A DNA stretch of 64,000 bases. It comes from Escherichia phage vB_Eco_mar004NP2. The stretch is taken from the sequence record NC_048205.1; one strand, 5' to 3'. The position numbers were made by a program, and so were the translations under genes. This document shows, in pieces, positions 46,233-55,969 of this stretch. The notes under the pieces are model-generated. The model ran no database searches, was not told the DNA's origin, and saw only the letters and a program-made list of their open reading frames with translations. The first letter of the stretch is position 1. Every line of letters begins with the position of its first letter.

Positions 46233-49200
46233 ATGACTGATAAGCTAATACGAGAATTACTGATAGACGTTAAACAGAAGGGGGCAACTCGTACTGCAAA
46301 GTCTATTGAAAACGTATCTGATGCATTAGAGAATGCTGCTGCGGCTTCTGAGCTAACGAATGAACAGTTAGGTAAAATGCCCAAAACTCTATACTCCATT
46401 GAGAGAGCAGCAGACAGGGCAGCAAAAAGTCTTACTAAAATGCAAGCTAGTAGGGGTATGGCTGGTATCACTAAATCCATTGATGGTATTGGTGATAAGC
46501 TAGATTACCTGGCTATCCAACTTATTGAAGTAACAGATAAGCTAGAAATTGGATTCGACGGAGTTTCTAGATCTGTTAAAACAATGGGCAATGATGTTGC
46601 AGCTGCAACAGAGAAAGTTCAAGATAGATTGTATGACACCAATAGAGTTTTAGGCGGTACAACTAGAGGTTTTAATGACACTGCAGGTGCCGCTGGTAGA
46701 GCTTCTAGAGCTATTGGTAATACTTCTGGTTCGGCACGTGGGGCTACCCGTGATTTTGCAGCAATGGCTAAGATCGGTGGTAGTTTACCTATTATGTATG
46801 CAGCTCTTGCTTCCAACATCTTCGTTTTGCAATCTGCATTCGAACAACTTAAGTTAGGTGATCAGCTAAATCGTCTAGAAAAATTTGGTGTTATAGTAGG
46901 TACTCAGACAGGTACTCCTGTTCAGTCTCTTGCTAGATCACTACAAGAAGCTGCCGGATATGCTATCTCCTTTGAAGAAGCAATGAGACAAGCATCCTCT
47001 GCTTCTGCGTACGGATTTGATGCTGAACAACTTAATAAATTTGGTCTAGTAGCTCGTCGTGCTGCTGCTGTTCTTGGCGTTGATATGACTGATGCACTTA
47101 ACCGTGTAATTAAGGGTGTATCTAAACAAGAAATCGAACTTCTGGATGAACTTGGTGTTACTATTCGTCTTAATGACGCATATGCTGATTACGTTAAACA
47201 GTTGAATGCTGCAAACACAGGTATAACATATAATATTAATAGCCTTACTACCTTCCAGAAACAGCAAGCGTATGCTAATGCTGTTATAGCAGAGTCTACT
47301 AAACGTTTTGGTTACTTAGATGAAGTTTTACGTGCTACTCCGTGGGAGCAGTTTGCCGCTAATGCTGATGCCGCACTGAGAAAGATTCAGCAGGCTGCTG
47401 CTAAGTATTTAGGGCCGGTAATTGATGCTATCAACACAGTATTTTATACTTCTCAGGCTTCTATATCTGCTGAAGCAGCTAGAGCTCAAGAAAAAACCAA
47501 TAGACAGATAGATCCTACCAACGTTGGTGCTGTTGCTTTAAGTTTGGCCGCTTCTGAAGAAGGCTATAATAAAGCTCTAGATATGTACAAGGAATCTCTT
47601 GATAAGCGTAATAAGCTAAAATCCGAATTCGATAAACGAATGGAGCAAGCGGATTTCTATACAAGATTAGCCATACGTCAAGTTGGTGAAGGTATTCCTG
47701 TTGGTCTTGCTGCTGCTGGTGCTTCCGAAGCTAATAAAAAGTTCGTAGAAGAAACTGCGGCTATGGGTCTACAAGTAACCAGACTAGGTAAGGAAGTAGA
47801 AGATTCTACTGAAAACCTTAATGCTTGGAAGTCAGCCTATCAAGCTGCGGGTGCTGCTGCTGCAAAAGCTAATCCAGAGTTTCAGAAACAGATTAATCTA
47901 CAGAGAGATACTACTGATCCTGGTGCTGTATATGACTTTAACTCCACAGTATTAAAAGGACTAACTGAACAACAGAAAGCATATAATCAAACTAAGAAAA
48001 CTGCTAGTGACTTAGCTAATGATATACAGAACGTTGCTCAGAATACAGATACTGCTGCTAAAACTAGTGCTACTTTAGCAGATGCTATAAAAAACATAGA
48101 ATCTCTATCCTTAGGCACTGGTAAGAGTGCCGATGAGTATGTTAAAAACCTTAACCTGGGCTATAACACACTGTCTGAAATGAAAACTGCATCTCAGGCT
48201 CTATCTGAGTATGTTAAACTAACTGGTAATGAAACTAAAAATCAGTTAGCAGTTCAACAGAAAATAGCTGATGTGTACAACCAAACTAAGGATAAGGAAA
48301 AGGCTCAGGAAGCGGGTAGACGTTTAGAGTTGCAACAGTTAGAAGAGCAAGAAGCTGCTTTACGCCGTGTTCTTCAAACAAACCAGGGAAATAAAGCTGT
48401 TGAGAAAGAAATTGAAAAAATTCAGCTGGAGAAACTTAGACTTACCAATCAGGGTATGGAAGCCCAGAAGAAGGTCAAGGATTACACAGATAAAATTCTT
48501 GGTGTAGATCGTGAGATAGCTCTCCTGAATGACCGTACTATGACTACTACTCAATATAGATTAGCTCAGCTAAAACTAGAACTAACTGTAGAGAAAGAGA
48601 AGTACGAATGGTATACAAAACAAGCGGACAAACAGAAAGAGGCGGAACAGTCTAGACGTGCGCAAGCACAAATAAGCCGGGAGTTATGGGAAGCGGAGAA
48701 GCAGGCAACTGCCTCACATGTATCAGCTCTCATGGATGCACTAGAAGTCAGCCAAACACAAAGAAATGTTACTGGCCAAGCTCAGATTCTTACGGAAAGA
48801 TTATCTGTTTTGCAAGAACAGCTAGAACTATCTAAGGGCAATACCGAAGAAGAGATCAAGTATCGTAATGAGATCTATAAAACTGCTGCTGCTCTAGAGC
48901 AACTTAGAAAGCAAAGAGAAGGCCAAATGCAGCAACAGGTAGGATCTTCTGTGGGTGCTGTGTACACTCCTACAACTGGACTATCTGGGGAAGACAAAGA
49001 TTTTGCAGATATGCAAAATAGAATGGCTTCTTATGATCAGGCAATCTCTAAGCTATCTGAATTAAATTCTGAAGCAACCGCTGTGGCTCAAAGTATGGGT
49101 AACTTAACTAACGCTATGATTCAGTTCTCTCAGGGATCCTTAGATACTACCTCCTTGATTGCTTCTGGCATGCAAACTGTATCTTCTATGATTCAGTATA

Positions 49201-49913
49201 GTACTAGTCAACAGGTTAGTGCTATTGATGCAGCTATCGCAGCGGAGCAGAAACGTGATGGTAAATCAGAAGCATCTAAAGCTAAATTGAAGAAGCTAGA
49301 AGCTGAAAAGCTGAAGATTCAACAAGACGCAGCTAAGAAGCAGATTATCATCCAAACTGCGGTAGCAGTAATGCAAGCGGCAACAGCTGTACCGTACCCG
49401 TTCTCTATTCCTTTGATGGTGGCGGCAGGTTTAGCAGGTGCCTTAGCTCTTGCTCAAGCATCTTCTGCTTCTGGTATGTCAAGTATTGCTGATTCTGGAG
49501 CGGATACAACTAGTTACTTAACCTTAGGAGAGCGTCAGAAGAATATAGATGTGTCTATGTCTGCTAATGCTGGTGAATTATCTTATATCCGTGGTGATAA
49601 AGGCATAGGCGGTGCTAACTCTTTCGTTCCTCGTGCTGAGGGTGGTAATATGTACCCTGGGGTTAGCTATCAAATGGGTGAGCATGGTACAGAAGTAGTT
49701 ACCCCTATGGTTCCTATGAAAGCTACGCCTAATGATGAGCTAAAAACCTCATCTAACTCAACTTCAGGAAGACCTATCATCCTGAATATTAGTGCTATGG
49801 ATGCTGCAAGTTTTAGAGAGTTTGCTTCTAGTAATAGTAGTGCTCTAAGAGACGCAGTGGAATTAGCTCTGAATGAGAACGGTGCTAGTCTGAAAACATT
49901 AGGAAATTCTTAA
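46233..49913 (+). CDS. tail tape measure protein (pb2-like), 1226 aa
   Basis: very long coiled-coil, Ala/Gln-rich protein with hydrophobic segment near C-terminus. Confidence 0.8.
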   Translation: MTDKLIRELLIDVKQKGATRTAKSIENVSDALENAAAASELTNEQLGKMPKTLYSIERAADRAAKSLTKMQASRGMAGITKSIDGIGDKLDYLAIQLIEVTDKLEIGFDGVSRSVKTMGNDVAAATEKVQDRLYDTNRVLGGTTRGFNDTAGAAGRASRAIGNTSGSARGATRDFAAMAKIGGSLPIMYAALASNIFVLQSAFEQLKLGDQLNRLEKFGVIVGTQTGTPVQSLARSLQEAAGYAISFEEAMRQASSASAYGFDAEQLNKFGLVARRAAAVLGVDMTDALNRVIKGVSKQEIELLDELGVTIRLNDAYADYVKQLNAANTGITYNINSLTTFQKQQAYANAVIAESTKRFGYLDEVLRATPWEQFAANADAALRKIQQAAAKYLGPVIDAINTVFYTSQASISAEAARAQEKTNRQIDPTNVGAVALSLAASEEGYNKALDMYKESLDKRNKLKSEFDKRMEQADFYTRLAIRQVGEGIPVGLAAAGASEANKKFVEETAAMGLQVTRLGKEVEDSTENLNAWKSAYQAAGAAAAKANPEFQKQINLQRDTTDPGAVYDFNSTVLKGLTEQQKAYNQTKKTASDLANDIQNVAQNTDTAAKTSATLADAIKNIESLSLGTGKSADEYVKNLNLGYNTLSEMKTASQALSEYVKLTGNETKNQLAVQQKIADVYNQTKDKEKAQEAGRRLELQQLEEQEAALRRVLQTNQGNKAVEKEIEKIQLEKLRLTNQGMEAQKKVKDYTDKILGVDREIALLNDRTMTTTQYRLAQLKLELTVEKEKYEWYTKQADKQKEAEQSRRAQAQISRELWEAEKQATASHVSALMDALEVSQTQRNVTGQAQILTERLSVLQEQLELSKGNTEEEIKYRNEIYKTAAALEQLRKQREGQMQQQVGSSVGAVYTPTTGLSGEDKDFADMQNRMASYDQAISKLSELNSEATAVAQSMGNLTNAMIQFSQGSLDTTSLIASGMQTVSSMIQYSTSQQVSAIDAAIAAEQKRDGKSEASKAKLKKLEAEKLKIQQDAAKKQIIIQTAVAVMQAATAVPYPFSIPLMVAAGLAGALALAQASSASGMSSIADSGADTTSYLTLGERQKNIDVSMSANAGELSYIRGDKGIGGANSFVPRAEGGNMYPGVSYQMGEHGTEVVTPMVPMKATPNDELKTSSNSTSGRPIILNISAMDAASFREFASSNSSALRDAVELALNENGASLKTLGNS

Positions 49914-49917
49914 AACT

Positions 49918-49947
49918 GGAGGAGGACTTTGAGTCCTCCTTTTCTTT
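49918..49947 (+). terminator. rho-independent terminator
   Basis: GGAGGACT-TTG-AGTCCTCC plus TTTTCTTT. Confidence 0.7.
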
Positions 49948-49956
49948 ATGGAAAAA

Positions 49957-49985
49957 TAAAAATTTCTTGATAAAATTTTCTAATA
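49957..49985 (+). promoter_or_regulatory. sigma70-like promoter (-35 TTGATA, 17 bp, -10 TATAAT) upstream of baseplate genes
   Basis: hexamers and spacing; followed by AAAGAGGAG RBS. Confidence 0.5.
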
Positions 49986-50022
49986 CTATTATAATATTGT
50001 TATTAAAGAGGAGAAATTAACT

Positions 50023-50637
50023 ATGAGATTACCAGACCCATACACGAATCCAGAACTTTCAGGCTTAGGATTCGAAAGTGTTAACCTGATTGATAATGAC
50101 CCAGTAATTCGTGATGAGTTACCAAATGGTAAAGTTAACGAAGTTAAGGTATCTGCTCAATACTGGGGTATAAATATTTCTTATCCAGAATTATTTCCAG
50201 ATGAATATAGTGTTCTAGATGCATTTATTCTAGAATACAAAAGGACTGGTGGTTATATAGATGTTATATTACCACAATACGAAGCTTTTAGAGTTAGAGG
50301 TAATACTAGCCTAGTAAATATACCTGCTGGACAGAAGGGTTCTAATATAACTATGGATACAAAAGGACTTCTCACAGGTATTCCAAAACCAGGGGATCTA
50401 TTTAAGCTATCTAACCATCCAAAAGTATATAAAATAACATCATTCAATAAATCAGGCAATACGTGGTCTATAAACTTATACCCTGATTTATTTATAACTA
50501 CTACTGGGGCTGAGAAACCAGTGTTTAACGGAATACTATTTAGAACAAAACTCATGAATGGTGATGCTTTCGGATCTACATTAAATAATAACGGAACATA
50601 TTCCGGCATCTCATTAAATTTACGGGAAAGTTTATGA
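50023..50637 (+). CDS. distal tail protein (Dit, pb9-like)
   Basis: 204 aa as in T5 pb9; follows tape measure gene. Confidence 0.6.
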   Translation: MRLPDPYTNPELSGLGFESVNLIDNDPVIRDELPNGKVNEVKVSAQYWGINISYPELFPDEYSVLDAFILEYKRTGGYIDVILPQYEAFRVRGNTSLVNIPAGQKGSNITMDTKGLLTGIPKPGDLFKLSNHPKVYKITSFNKSGNTWSINLYPDLFITTTGAEKPVFNGILFRTKLMNGDAFGSTLNNNGTYSGISLNLRESL

Positions 50638-53483
50638 AGAAAATACTAGATAGTGCTAGAAACTACTTAAAAAATAATAGCAGAATAAAAACTGCTAGTC
50701 TAATTTCCCTAGAATTACCTGGCTCTACTGGTACTAGTACTGCTTTTATTTATTTAACTGATTATTTTAGAGATGTACTATATAATGGTATTTTGTACCA
50801 GGCCGGTAAGGTTAAGTCCATTAGCACACATAAACAAAATAGAGATTTATCTATTGGCAGTCTATCTTTTACTATTACGGGTACAGCGCAGGATGAAGTA
50901 CTGAAATTAGTGCAGAATGGTGTGTCCTTTTTAGATAGAATAGTAACAATCCACCAAGCAATTATTACAGAGGATGGTTCTATTTTACCTGTAGACCCAG
51001 ACACAAATGGCCCTTTATTATACTTTAGAGGGAGAATTACCGGTGGGGGTATTAAGGACAACATTAGTACTTCTGGGGTTGGAACCTCCACAATTACTTG
51101 GAATTGTTCTAACCAATTCTATGACTTTGATAGGGTTAACGGTAGATTTACTGATGATGCTTCTCATAGAGGGCTTGAGGTTGTAGCAGGGCAATTAGTT
51201 CCATCTAACGGGGCTAAAAGACTTGAGTACCAAGAAGATTATGGGTTCTTTCATGCTAATAAAAGTATCTCTATTTTAGCAAAATATCAGGTACAGGAAG
51301 AGAGATACAAGCTAAAGTCTAAGAAAAAGCTATTTGGCCTATCTAGAAGCTATAGTCTTAAAAAGTATTATGAGACTGTTACTAAAGAAGTAGATATAGA
51401 TTTTAACCTTGCTGCTAAGTATATACCAGTAGTTTATGGTGTACAGAAAATACCAGGAATACCTATTTTTGCGGATACGGAACTACACAATCCTAATATA
51501 GTTTATGTAGTATACGCCTTTGCTGAAGGGGAGATAGACGGTTTTCTTGACTTTTCCTTCGGGGATAACCCTATGATTTGTATGGACTCTAATGATAGCT
51601 CTGCTAGAACCTGTTTCGGTGTTAAAAAAGTAGCAGGAGACACCATGCAAAGAATAGCATCAGGAATATCTTCTAGTAGTCCTTCTGTGCATGGTCAGGA
51701 ATATAAGTATAATGATGGTAATGGTGATATAAGGATTTGGACTTATCATGGAAAAGCTGATCAAACGGCTTCTGAAGTATTAGTAGACATAGCGAAAGAA
51801 CGTGGGTTCTACCTTCAGAATATGAATGGCAATGGACCGGAGTACTGGGATGCTAGGTATAAACTACTAGATACTGCATACGCAGTGGTGCGCTTCACTA
51901 TTAATGAAAATAGGACTGAGATTCCTGAAGTTAGTGCTGAAATTCAAGGTAAAAAAGTAAAAGTCTATCATTCTGATGGTAGAGTAACTGCTAATAGTAC
52001 TAGTTTAAATGGTATTTGGCAAACACTTGACTACTTAACCTCCGATAGATACGGTGCTAATATTACCATTGATCAGTTCCCTCTTCAGCAATTAATACAG
52101 GAAGCAGCTATTTTAGATATTATAGATGAATCCTATCAGGTATCTTGGCAGCCATATTGGAGATACGTTGGGTGGACTGATCCACTAGCAGAAAATAGAC
52201 AAATAGTACAAATGAATACTATTCTGGATACATCTGAATCAGTATTTAAAAATGTGCAAGGTTTATTAGAGTCCTACGGTGGGGCTATTAACAACTTATC
52301 TGGCCAGTACAGGATTACTGTAGAAAAATACTCTAATACTCCATTAGAGATTAATTTTCTAGATACTTACGGTGATTTGGAGCTATCAGATACTACTGGT
52401 AGAAATAAATTCAACTCAGTTCAAGCATCTATCGTAGATCCAGCCCTTAGCTGGAAAACTAATTCCATTACATTCTATAACTCCAAGTATAAGGAACAGG
52501 ACAAGAACCTAGACAAAAAATTACAATTATCTTTTGCAAATATAACTAACTACTATACTGCTAGAAGTTTTGCAGACAGAGAACTTAAGAAATCTAGGTA
52601 TTCTAGAACCCTCTCATTTTCTTTACCATATCAATTCATTGGTATTGAGCCTAATGATGCTATTGCATTTACATACGACCGTTACGGATGGGATAAGAAG
52701 TACTTTTTAGTAGATGAAGTCGAAAACTCTAGGGAAGGAAAGATAAATGTTACTCTACAGGAGTATGGAAAAGATGTATTCATCAACTCTGATCAAGTAG
52801 ATAATAGTGGTAATGATATACCAGATATTAGTAACAACGTTCTTCCTCCTAGAGATTTTAAGTATACTCCTACACCCGGTGGCTTAGTTGGTTCTATAGG
52901 TAAAAATGGTGAGTTATCCTGGCTTCCGAGTCTAACCAATAATGTAGTTTATTACTCTATTGTGCACTCAGGCCATGCCGAACCTTACATAGTACAACAG
53001 TTAGAGACCAATCCTAACGAACGTATGATCCAAGAAATAATTGGGGAACCAGCAGGTCTGGCTATATTTGAGATAAGAGCAGTAGATATTAATGGTAGAA
53101 GAAGTTCCCCGGTGACTCTGTCTATAGAACTTAACTCTGCTAAAAACCTTAGTGTAGTATCTAATTTTAGGGTAACTAATACTGCTTCTGGAGATGTAAC
53201 TGAGTTTGTTGGCCCAGATGTAAAACTAGCTTGGGATAGAATACCTGAAGAAGATATAATAGAGAGTATATTTTATACACTTGAAATACACGATTCGCAA
53301 AATAGGATGTTAAGAAGTGTACGTATTGAAAATCAGTATACTTATGACTATTTATTAACATATAATAAGGCAGACTTTGCTCTCCAGAACAGCGGTGCTC
53401 TAGGTATAAATAGAAAATTGTATTTTCGTATTAGGGCTGAAGGGGATGATGGAGAACAGTCTGTGGAGTGGGCATCCATTTAA
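50634..53483 (+). CDS. baseplate hub / tail tip protein (pb3-like)
   Basis: 949 aa as in T5 pb3; ATGA coupling to Dit. Confidence 0.6.
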   Translation: MKKILDSARNYLKNNSRIKTASLISLELPGSTGTSTAFIYLTDYFRDVLYNGILYQAGKVKSISTHKQNRDLSIGSLSFTITGTAQDEVLKLVQNGVSFLDRIVTIHQAIITEDGSILPVDPDTNGPLLYFRGRITGGGIKDNISTSGVGTSTITWNCSNQFYDFDRVNGRFTDDASHRGLEVVAGQLVPSNGAKRLEYQEDYGFFHANKSISILAKYQVQEERYKLKSKKKLFGLSRSYSLKKYYETVTKEVDIDFNLAAKYIPVVYGVQKIPGIPIFADTELHNPNIVYVVYAFAEGEIDGFLDFSFGDNPMICMDSNDSSARTCFGVKKVAGDTMQRIASGISSSSPSVHGQEYKYNDGNGDIRIWTYHGKADQTASEVLVDIAKERGFYLQNMNGNGPEYWDARYKLLDTAYAVVRFTINENRTEIPEVSAEIQGKKVKVYHSDGRVTANSTSLNGIWQTLDYLTSDRYGANITIDQFPLQQLIQEAAILDIIDESYQVSWQPYWRYVGWTDPLAENRQIVQMNTILDTSESVFKNVQGLLESYGGAINNLSGQYRITVEKYSNTPLEINFLDTYGDLELSDTTGRNKFNSVQASIVDPALSWKTNSITFYNSKYKEQDKNLDKKLQLSFANITNYYTARSFADRELKKSRYSRTLSFSLPYQFIGIEPNDAIAFTYDRYGWDKKYFLVDEVENSREGKINVTLQEYGKDVFINSDQVDNSGNDIPDISNNVLPPRDFKYTPTPGGLVGSIGKNGELSWLPSLTNNVVYYSIVHSGHAEPYIVQQLETNPNERMIQEIIGEPAGLAIFEIRAVDINGRRSSPVTLSIELNSAKNLSVVSNFRVTNTASGDVTEFVGPDVKLAWDRIPEEDIIESIFYTLEIHDSQNRMLRSVRIENQYTYDYLLTYNKADFALQNSGALGINRKLYFRIRAEGDDGEQSVEWASI

Positions 53484-55540
53484 TGATTTCAAATAATGCA
53501 CCAGCCAAAATGGTCTTAAATAGTATAATGACTGGATATACTTTGGCTTATGTCCAGCACTCCATTTATACTGATTATGATGTTATTGGTAGATCTTTTT
53601 GGTTAAAAATAGGAGAAAGTATAGATAGACGTGATTACACCGGTATAGATACTTTCTTCGTAATGATTAATAATTTAACCCCCTCTACCTCCTATGAGAT
53701 TCAGGGGGCTTTCTATGACTCAATTATTGACTCAGAGTTACTAGAAGCTAAGATTGGTATCAACCTCTCTAATGAAACTAACTTTAGAACAAAGGAAAAG
53801 CCAATAATTACTGCAGCAAGATCTGAATCAGAACCCGTTGACGTTGGTGTTGGTGCTCCAATAGTTGTTGTAGAGACTGCTGGTGAGGCTAGTTACTGCA
53901 CTATTGAATTAAAAAGTACTGCATCAGAAGATAGTGAATGGGTTAAATATTACATAGGAGCACTGGGACCTACTATCAAATTTGGTGGTGTTCCTGTTGG
54001 CAACTATAAGATCAGAATATCTGGTCAAGTTACTATGCCAGATGGTGTTACAGTTGACTCATCTGGCTATTATGAATATCCTAGCGTTTTCACTGTAGCT
54101 TATAATTTCGTACCACCTACTGCACCTACTAACATTGACTTTAAAGCTGCACGAATCGCAGACGGTAAGGAACGATATGATGTTAGAATAGAGTGGGACT
54201 GGGAACGTGGTGCTGGTGCTAATGTCCGTGAATTTCTGGTTACTTATATAAACTCTGAAGAATATTCTAAGACTGGCTGGGCTAAAGCTCAAAAGATAAA
54301 CGTTGGTGCTGCCAGAGCCGCAACGATTATATCATTCCCATGGAAAGTTGAGCATACTTTTAAGGTATCATCAATTGCCTGGGGACCAAATAAGCAAGAT
54401 ATAGCAGAATCAGCTCCTGTAACGTTTATACTTAATGAAGATACTCCTCTAGACAACAGCTTTGTCAATGAGACTGGTATTGATGTTAACTATGCCTTTA
54501 TTAAGGGCAGCATGAAAGATGGAGAAATCTGGAGACAGACATTCTTAATCGACGCAGCTACTGGTGCTATTAACATTGGTCTGCTAGATGAAGAAGGAAA
54601 AGCACCTATTTCTTTTGACCCTATAAACCGTGTTGTTAACGTTGATGGTAAAGTAATTACTAGAGATATTAATGCTGCGAACTTTATCATGACTAACTTA
54701 TCTGGTAAGGATAATCCAGCAATTTACACTCAAGGTAAATCTTGGGGTGATAATAACTCCGGTATTTGGATGGGTATGGATAATACTTCTGCCAAAGCTA
54801 AACTAGACATTGGTAACGCCACACAATGGATACGTTATGATGGTGATGTGCTACGTATTTCTAGTGGAGTAGTTATTGGAACTCCTAATGGCGATGTAGA
54901 TCTGGGTACTGGTATGCAAGGTAAGCAAACAGTATTTGTTTATAAGTTAGCAACATCTCTACCTGCTAAACCACTAGAACAAGATTATCCGCCTCCTGGT
55001 TGGTCAAAAACTCCACCTAACCGTACAGATATGACACAAAATATCTATACCACTACAGGTACGCTTGATCCAGTTACTAATAGGTTATTAGAGGGTACTA
55101 GCTGGTCGGATGTAGTTCAGTGGAGTGGTACTGAAGGTACTATAGGGCATGATGGACAACGTGGTCCTGGGATGTATTCTGTAGGTATAGCAGGTTTAGG
55201 TGGTTGGGATGATGGACAAGCTAATTCCTTCTTTCAAAGTAACTTCGGTTCTCCACCAGTTAAATACGATGTATTAACTGAATTTAATAGTAATGCCCCC
55301 CAATCAGCATTTACAAGGCAATGGAATGGGTCTGGTTGGGTTAACCCTGCAATGGTTCTCCATGGAAACATGATTGTTAATGGGACGGTGACGGCAGATA
55401 AAATTGTAGCAGGAAATGCTTTCTTATCTCAGATCGGTGTTAACATCATTTATGATAGGAATGCTGCATTATCGGGAAACCCTGAGGCATACTACAAGAT
55501 GAAGATAGACCTAAATAGTGGGTATATCCATATAAGGTAA
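53468..55540 (+). CDS. central tail fibre / tip protein (pb4-like)
   Basis: 690 aa, downstream of hub gene. Confidence 0.55.
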   Translation: MGIHLMISNNAPAKMVLNSIMTGYTLAYVQHSIYTDYDVIGRSFWLKIGESIDRRDYTGIDTFFVMINNLTPSTSYEIQGAFYDSIIDSELLEAKIGINLSNETNFRTKEKPIITAARSESEPVDVGVGAPIVVVETAGEASYCTIELKSTASEDSEWVKYYIGALGPTIKFGGVPVGNYKIRISGQVTMPDGVTVDSSGYYEYPSVFTVAYNFVPPTAPTNIDFKAARIADGKERYDVRIEWDWERGAGANVREFLVTYINSEEYSKTGWAKAQKINVGAARAATIISFPWKVEHTFKVSSIAWGPNKQDIAESAPVTFILNEDTPLDNSFVNETGIDVNYAFIKGSMKDGEIWRQTFLIDAATGAINIGLLDEEGKAPISFDPINRVVNVDGKVITRDINAANFIMTNLSGKDNPAIYTQGKSWGDNNSGIWMGMDNTSAKAKLDIGNATQWIRYDGDVLRISSGVVIGTPNGDVDLGTGMQGKQTVFVYKLATSLPAKPLEQDYPPPGWSKTPPNRTDMTQNIYTTTGTLDPVTNRLLEGTSWSDVVQWSGTEGTIGHDGQRGPGMYSVGIAGLGGWDDGQANSFFQSNFGSPPVKYDVLTEFNSNAPQSAFTRQWNGSGWVNPAMVLHGNMIVNGTVTADKIVAGNAFLSQIGVNIIYDRNAALSGNPEAYYKMKIDLNSGYIHIR

Positions 55541-55546
55541 TAAATA

Positions 55547-55969
55547 ATGAGTACTGAAAATAGAGTTATAGACTTAGTAATAGATGAAAAAGTACCTTAT
55601 GGTCTAATGATGCAATTCTTAGATGTTGATGATAGTACTTATCCACCTACAAATACCCCTGTTAACTTAACAGGGTATTCCCTAAGGGGTACTATAAAGG
55701 CGGGGCTTGATGAGAACGCGGAAACTTTGGCATCTTTTACTACTAAAATTATTGATGCTGCTCAAGGTGCTATAGCTATAAGTTTACCTGTAGAGGCGGT
55801 AGATAATATTGGTGAAAAAGCTACCAAAGAGAGAGATAAGTATAACCCTCGCCAACGTTTTGCAGGATACTATGATATAATTATGACACGAGATGTCATA
55901 GGATCAGCTATTAGCTCTTTTCGTATAATGGAGGGTAAAGTATTTATCAGTGATGGGGTAACTAGATAA
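55547..55969 (+). CDS. collar / fibre-attachment protein (p132-like)
   Basis: 140 aa immediately upstream of L-shaped fibre gene. Confidence 0.45.
   Translation: MSTENRVIDLVIDEKVPYGLMMQFLDVDDSTYPPTNTPVNLTGYSLRGTIKAGLDENAETLASFTTKIIDAAQGAIAISLPVEAVDNIGEKATKERDKYNPRQRFAGYYDIIMTRDVIGSAISSFRIMEGKVFISDGVTR

Noticed and set aside
46619-48554. Antisense ORFs within the tape measure gene (46619..46819, 47046..47267, 48360..48554 and similar)
   Set aside because: Short, no translation signals, embedded in a long gene with coherent codon usage on the + strand.
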